Source of the DNA: a virus
Lineage: Duplodnaviria > Heunggongvirae > Uroviricota > Caudoviricetes
Length of the DNA: 12,930 bases
Reading direction: 5' to 3' (one strand)
Virus record (IMG/VR): IMGVR_UViG_3300020061_000005
Below the pieces are notes generated by a model. That model made no database searches, was not told the origin of the DNA, and saw only the letters and a program-made list of their open reading frames with translations. This document shows, piece after piece, positions 12,367-12,930 of this stretch (within the stretch, counting starts at the first letter, position 1; the number at the start of each line of letters is the position of its first letter). The translations under genes and the position numbers were made by a program.

Positions 12367-12930
12367 ATGCCGGTTACAGTCCAACACATCCTCACGGCGA
12401 CCACGCCGGATAACACGACGGCAGAGATCCGGCCGAGTCACTGGAACTCGGGCCACCAGGTGTCGATCAGCCTCGCCGCAACTGAGGTAGTGAAGTTCAT
12501 TTCTGCCGGTGGCTCCAGCCAGAGCACGGGCACGATTCAGTTCAGCAATATGAACGGGGTGTCCTTCGGCCTGAATAACGGCACGCTGACGGCCTCGCAC
12601 AACGCGCTCACCGCACAGTCGGTGCAAACGCAGGGCATCCAGAGCATCAGCGCTGGCGGCAACCAGATCACCGGCGGCCAGGTGGTCTTCAGCAACTCCA
12701 ACGGCCTGGCCTTTGGGGTGAACGGCTCCACGATTACCGGCAGCTACACCGTCCCGACGCAGACGGCGCAGAGCATGGGGATCTACGGCTCCAGCCAGAC
12801 CACGGGTGCGTCTTCGAGTTCTACCGTGGACGCGCGCAGCCTGACGCTGGTCGGTGCTGGCGGTGTCTCTGTCGGGCTTACCAATGGGTCGGTGGTCATC
12901 TCCGGTGCCACCGGCGGTGGCGGTCCGAGC
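12367..12930 (+). CDS. Repeat-rich fibre-like structural protein, N-terminal 188 codons (runs off the window; absent from the ORF track)
   Basis: My translation from ATG 12367 is open to the window end: MPVTVQHILTATTPDNTTAEIRPSHWNSGH..., then Ser/Gly/Thr-rich repeats (ISAGG...FSN.NG..FG.N..T.T.S). Confidence 0.8.
   Translation, partial: MPVTVQHILTATTPDNTTAEIRPSHWNSGHQVSISLAATEVVKFISAGGSSQSTGTIQFSNMNGVSFGLNNGTLTASHNALTAQSVQTQGIQSISAGGNQITGGQVVFSNSNGLAFGVNGSTITGSYTVPTQTAQSMGIYGSSQTTGASSSSTVDARSLTLVGAGGVSVGLTNGSVVISGATGGGGPS

Larger units (their letters stand above)
1..12930 (+). mobile_element. Tailed phage / prophage head morphogenesis region (podovirus-like gene order)
   Basis: Portal, scaffold, major capsid, capsid-associated proteins, fibre start, phage-type GroES and a tRNA in a densely packed co-directional array with many ATGA/GTGA overlaps; no host housekeeping genes. 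Free phage versus prophage cannot be determined. Confidence 0.95.

Noticed and set aside
1-12930. CRISPR array, integrase/att site, reverse transcriptase or DGR elements
   Set aside because: No regularly spaced direct repeats and no such ORFs are visible in this window.

Overview
A GC-rich tailed-phage (or prophage) head-morphogenesis region, read almost entirely on the + strand. It opens with three small hypothetical genes and a ~200-nt highly structured non-coding stretch. Next come an Ig/FnIII-like protein and a 980-aa portal with a very long C-terminal coiled-coil tail. About a dozen small accessory ORFs follow, including an RMF-like protein, a GroES co-chaperonin and a single minus-strand two-helix membrane protein. 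The head module continues with a scaffold, a conserved 212-aa protein, a capsid cement-like protein, the major capsid protein and a further structural protein. A CAT-anticodon tRNA, a small beta-sandwich structural protein and the truncated start of a repeat-rich fibre close the window. The gene order and motifs resemble a widespread, mostly uncultured podovirus-like group (portal - GroES - scaffold - capsid); this is recognised from memory, not from a database search. The most notable unexplained signals are four: (i) an initiator-bodied tRNA whose anticodon stem has lost two of the three hallmark G-C pairs; (ii) the structured RNA candidate at 696-889; (iii) a bipartite 22-bp motif repeated upstream of the portal and scaffold genes; (iv) 21 in-register 11-residue repeats in the portal tail. 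No terminase, integrase or attachment site is visible, so lifestyle and host cannot be determined.
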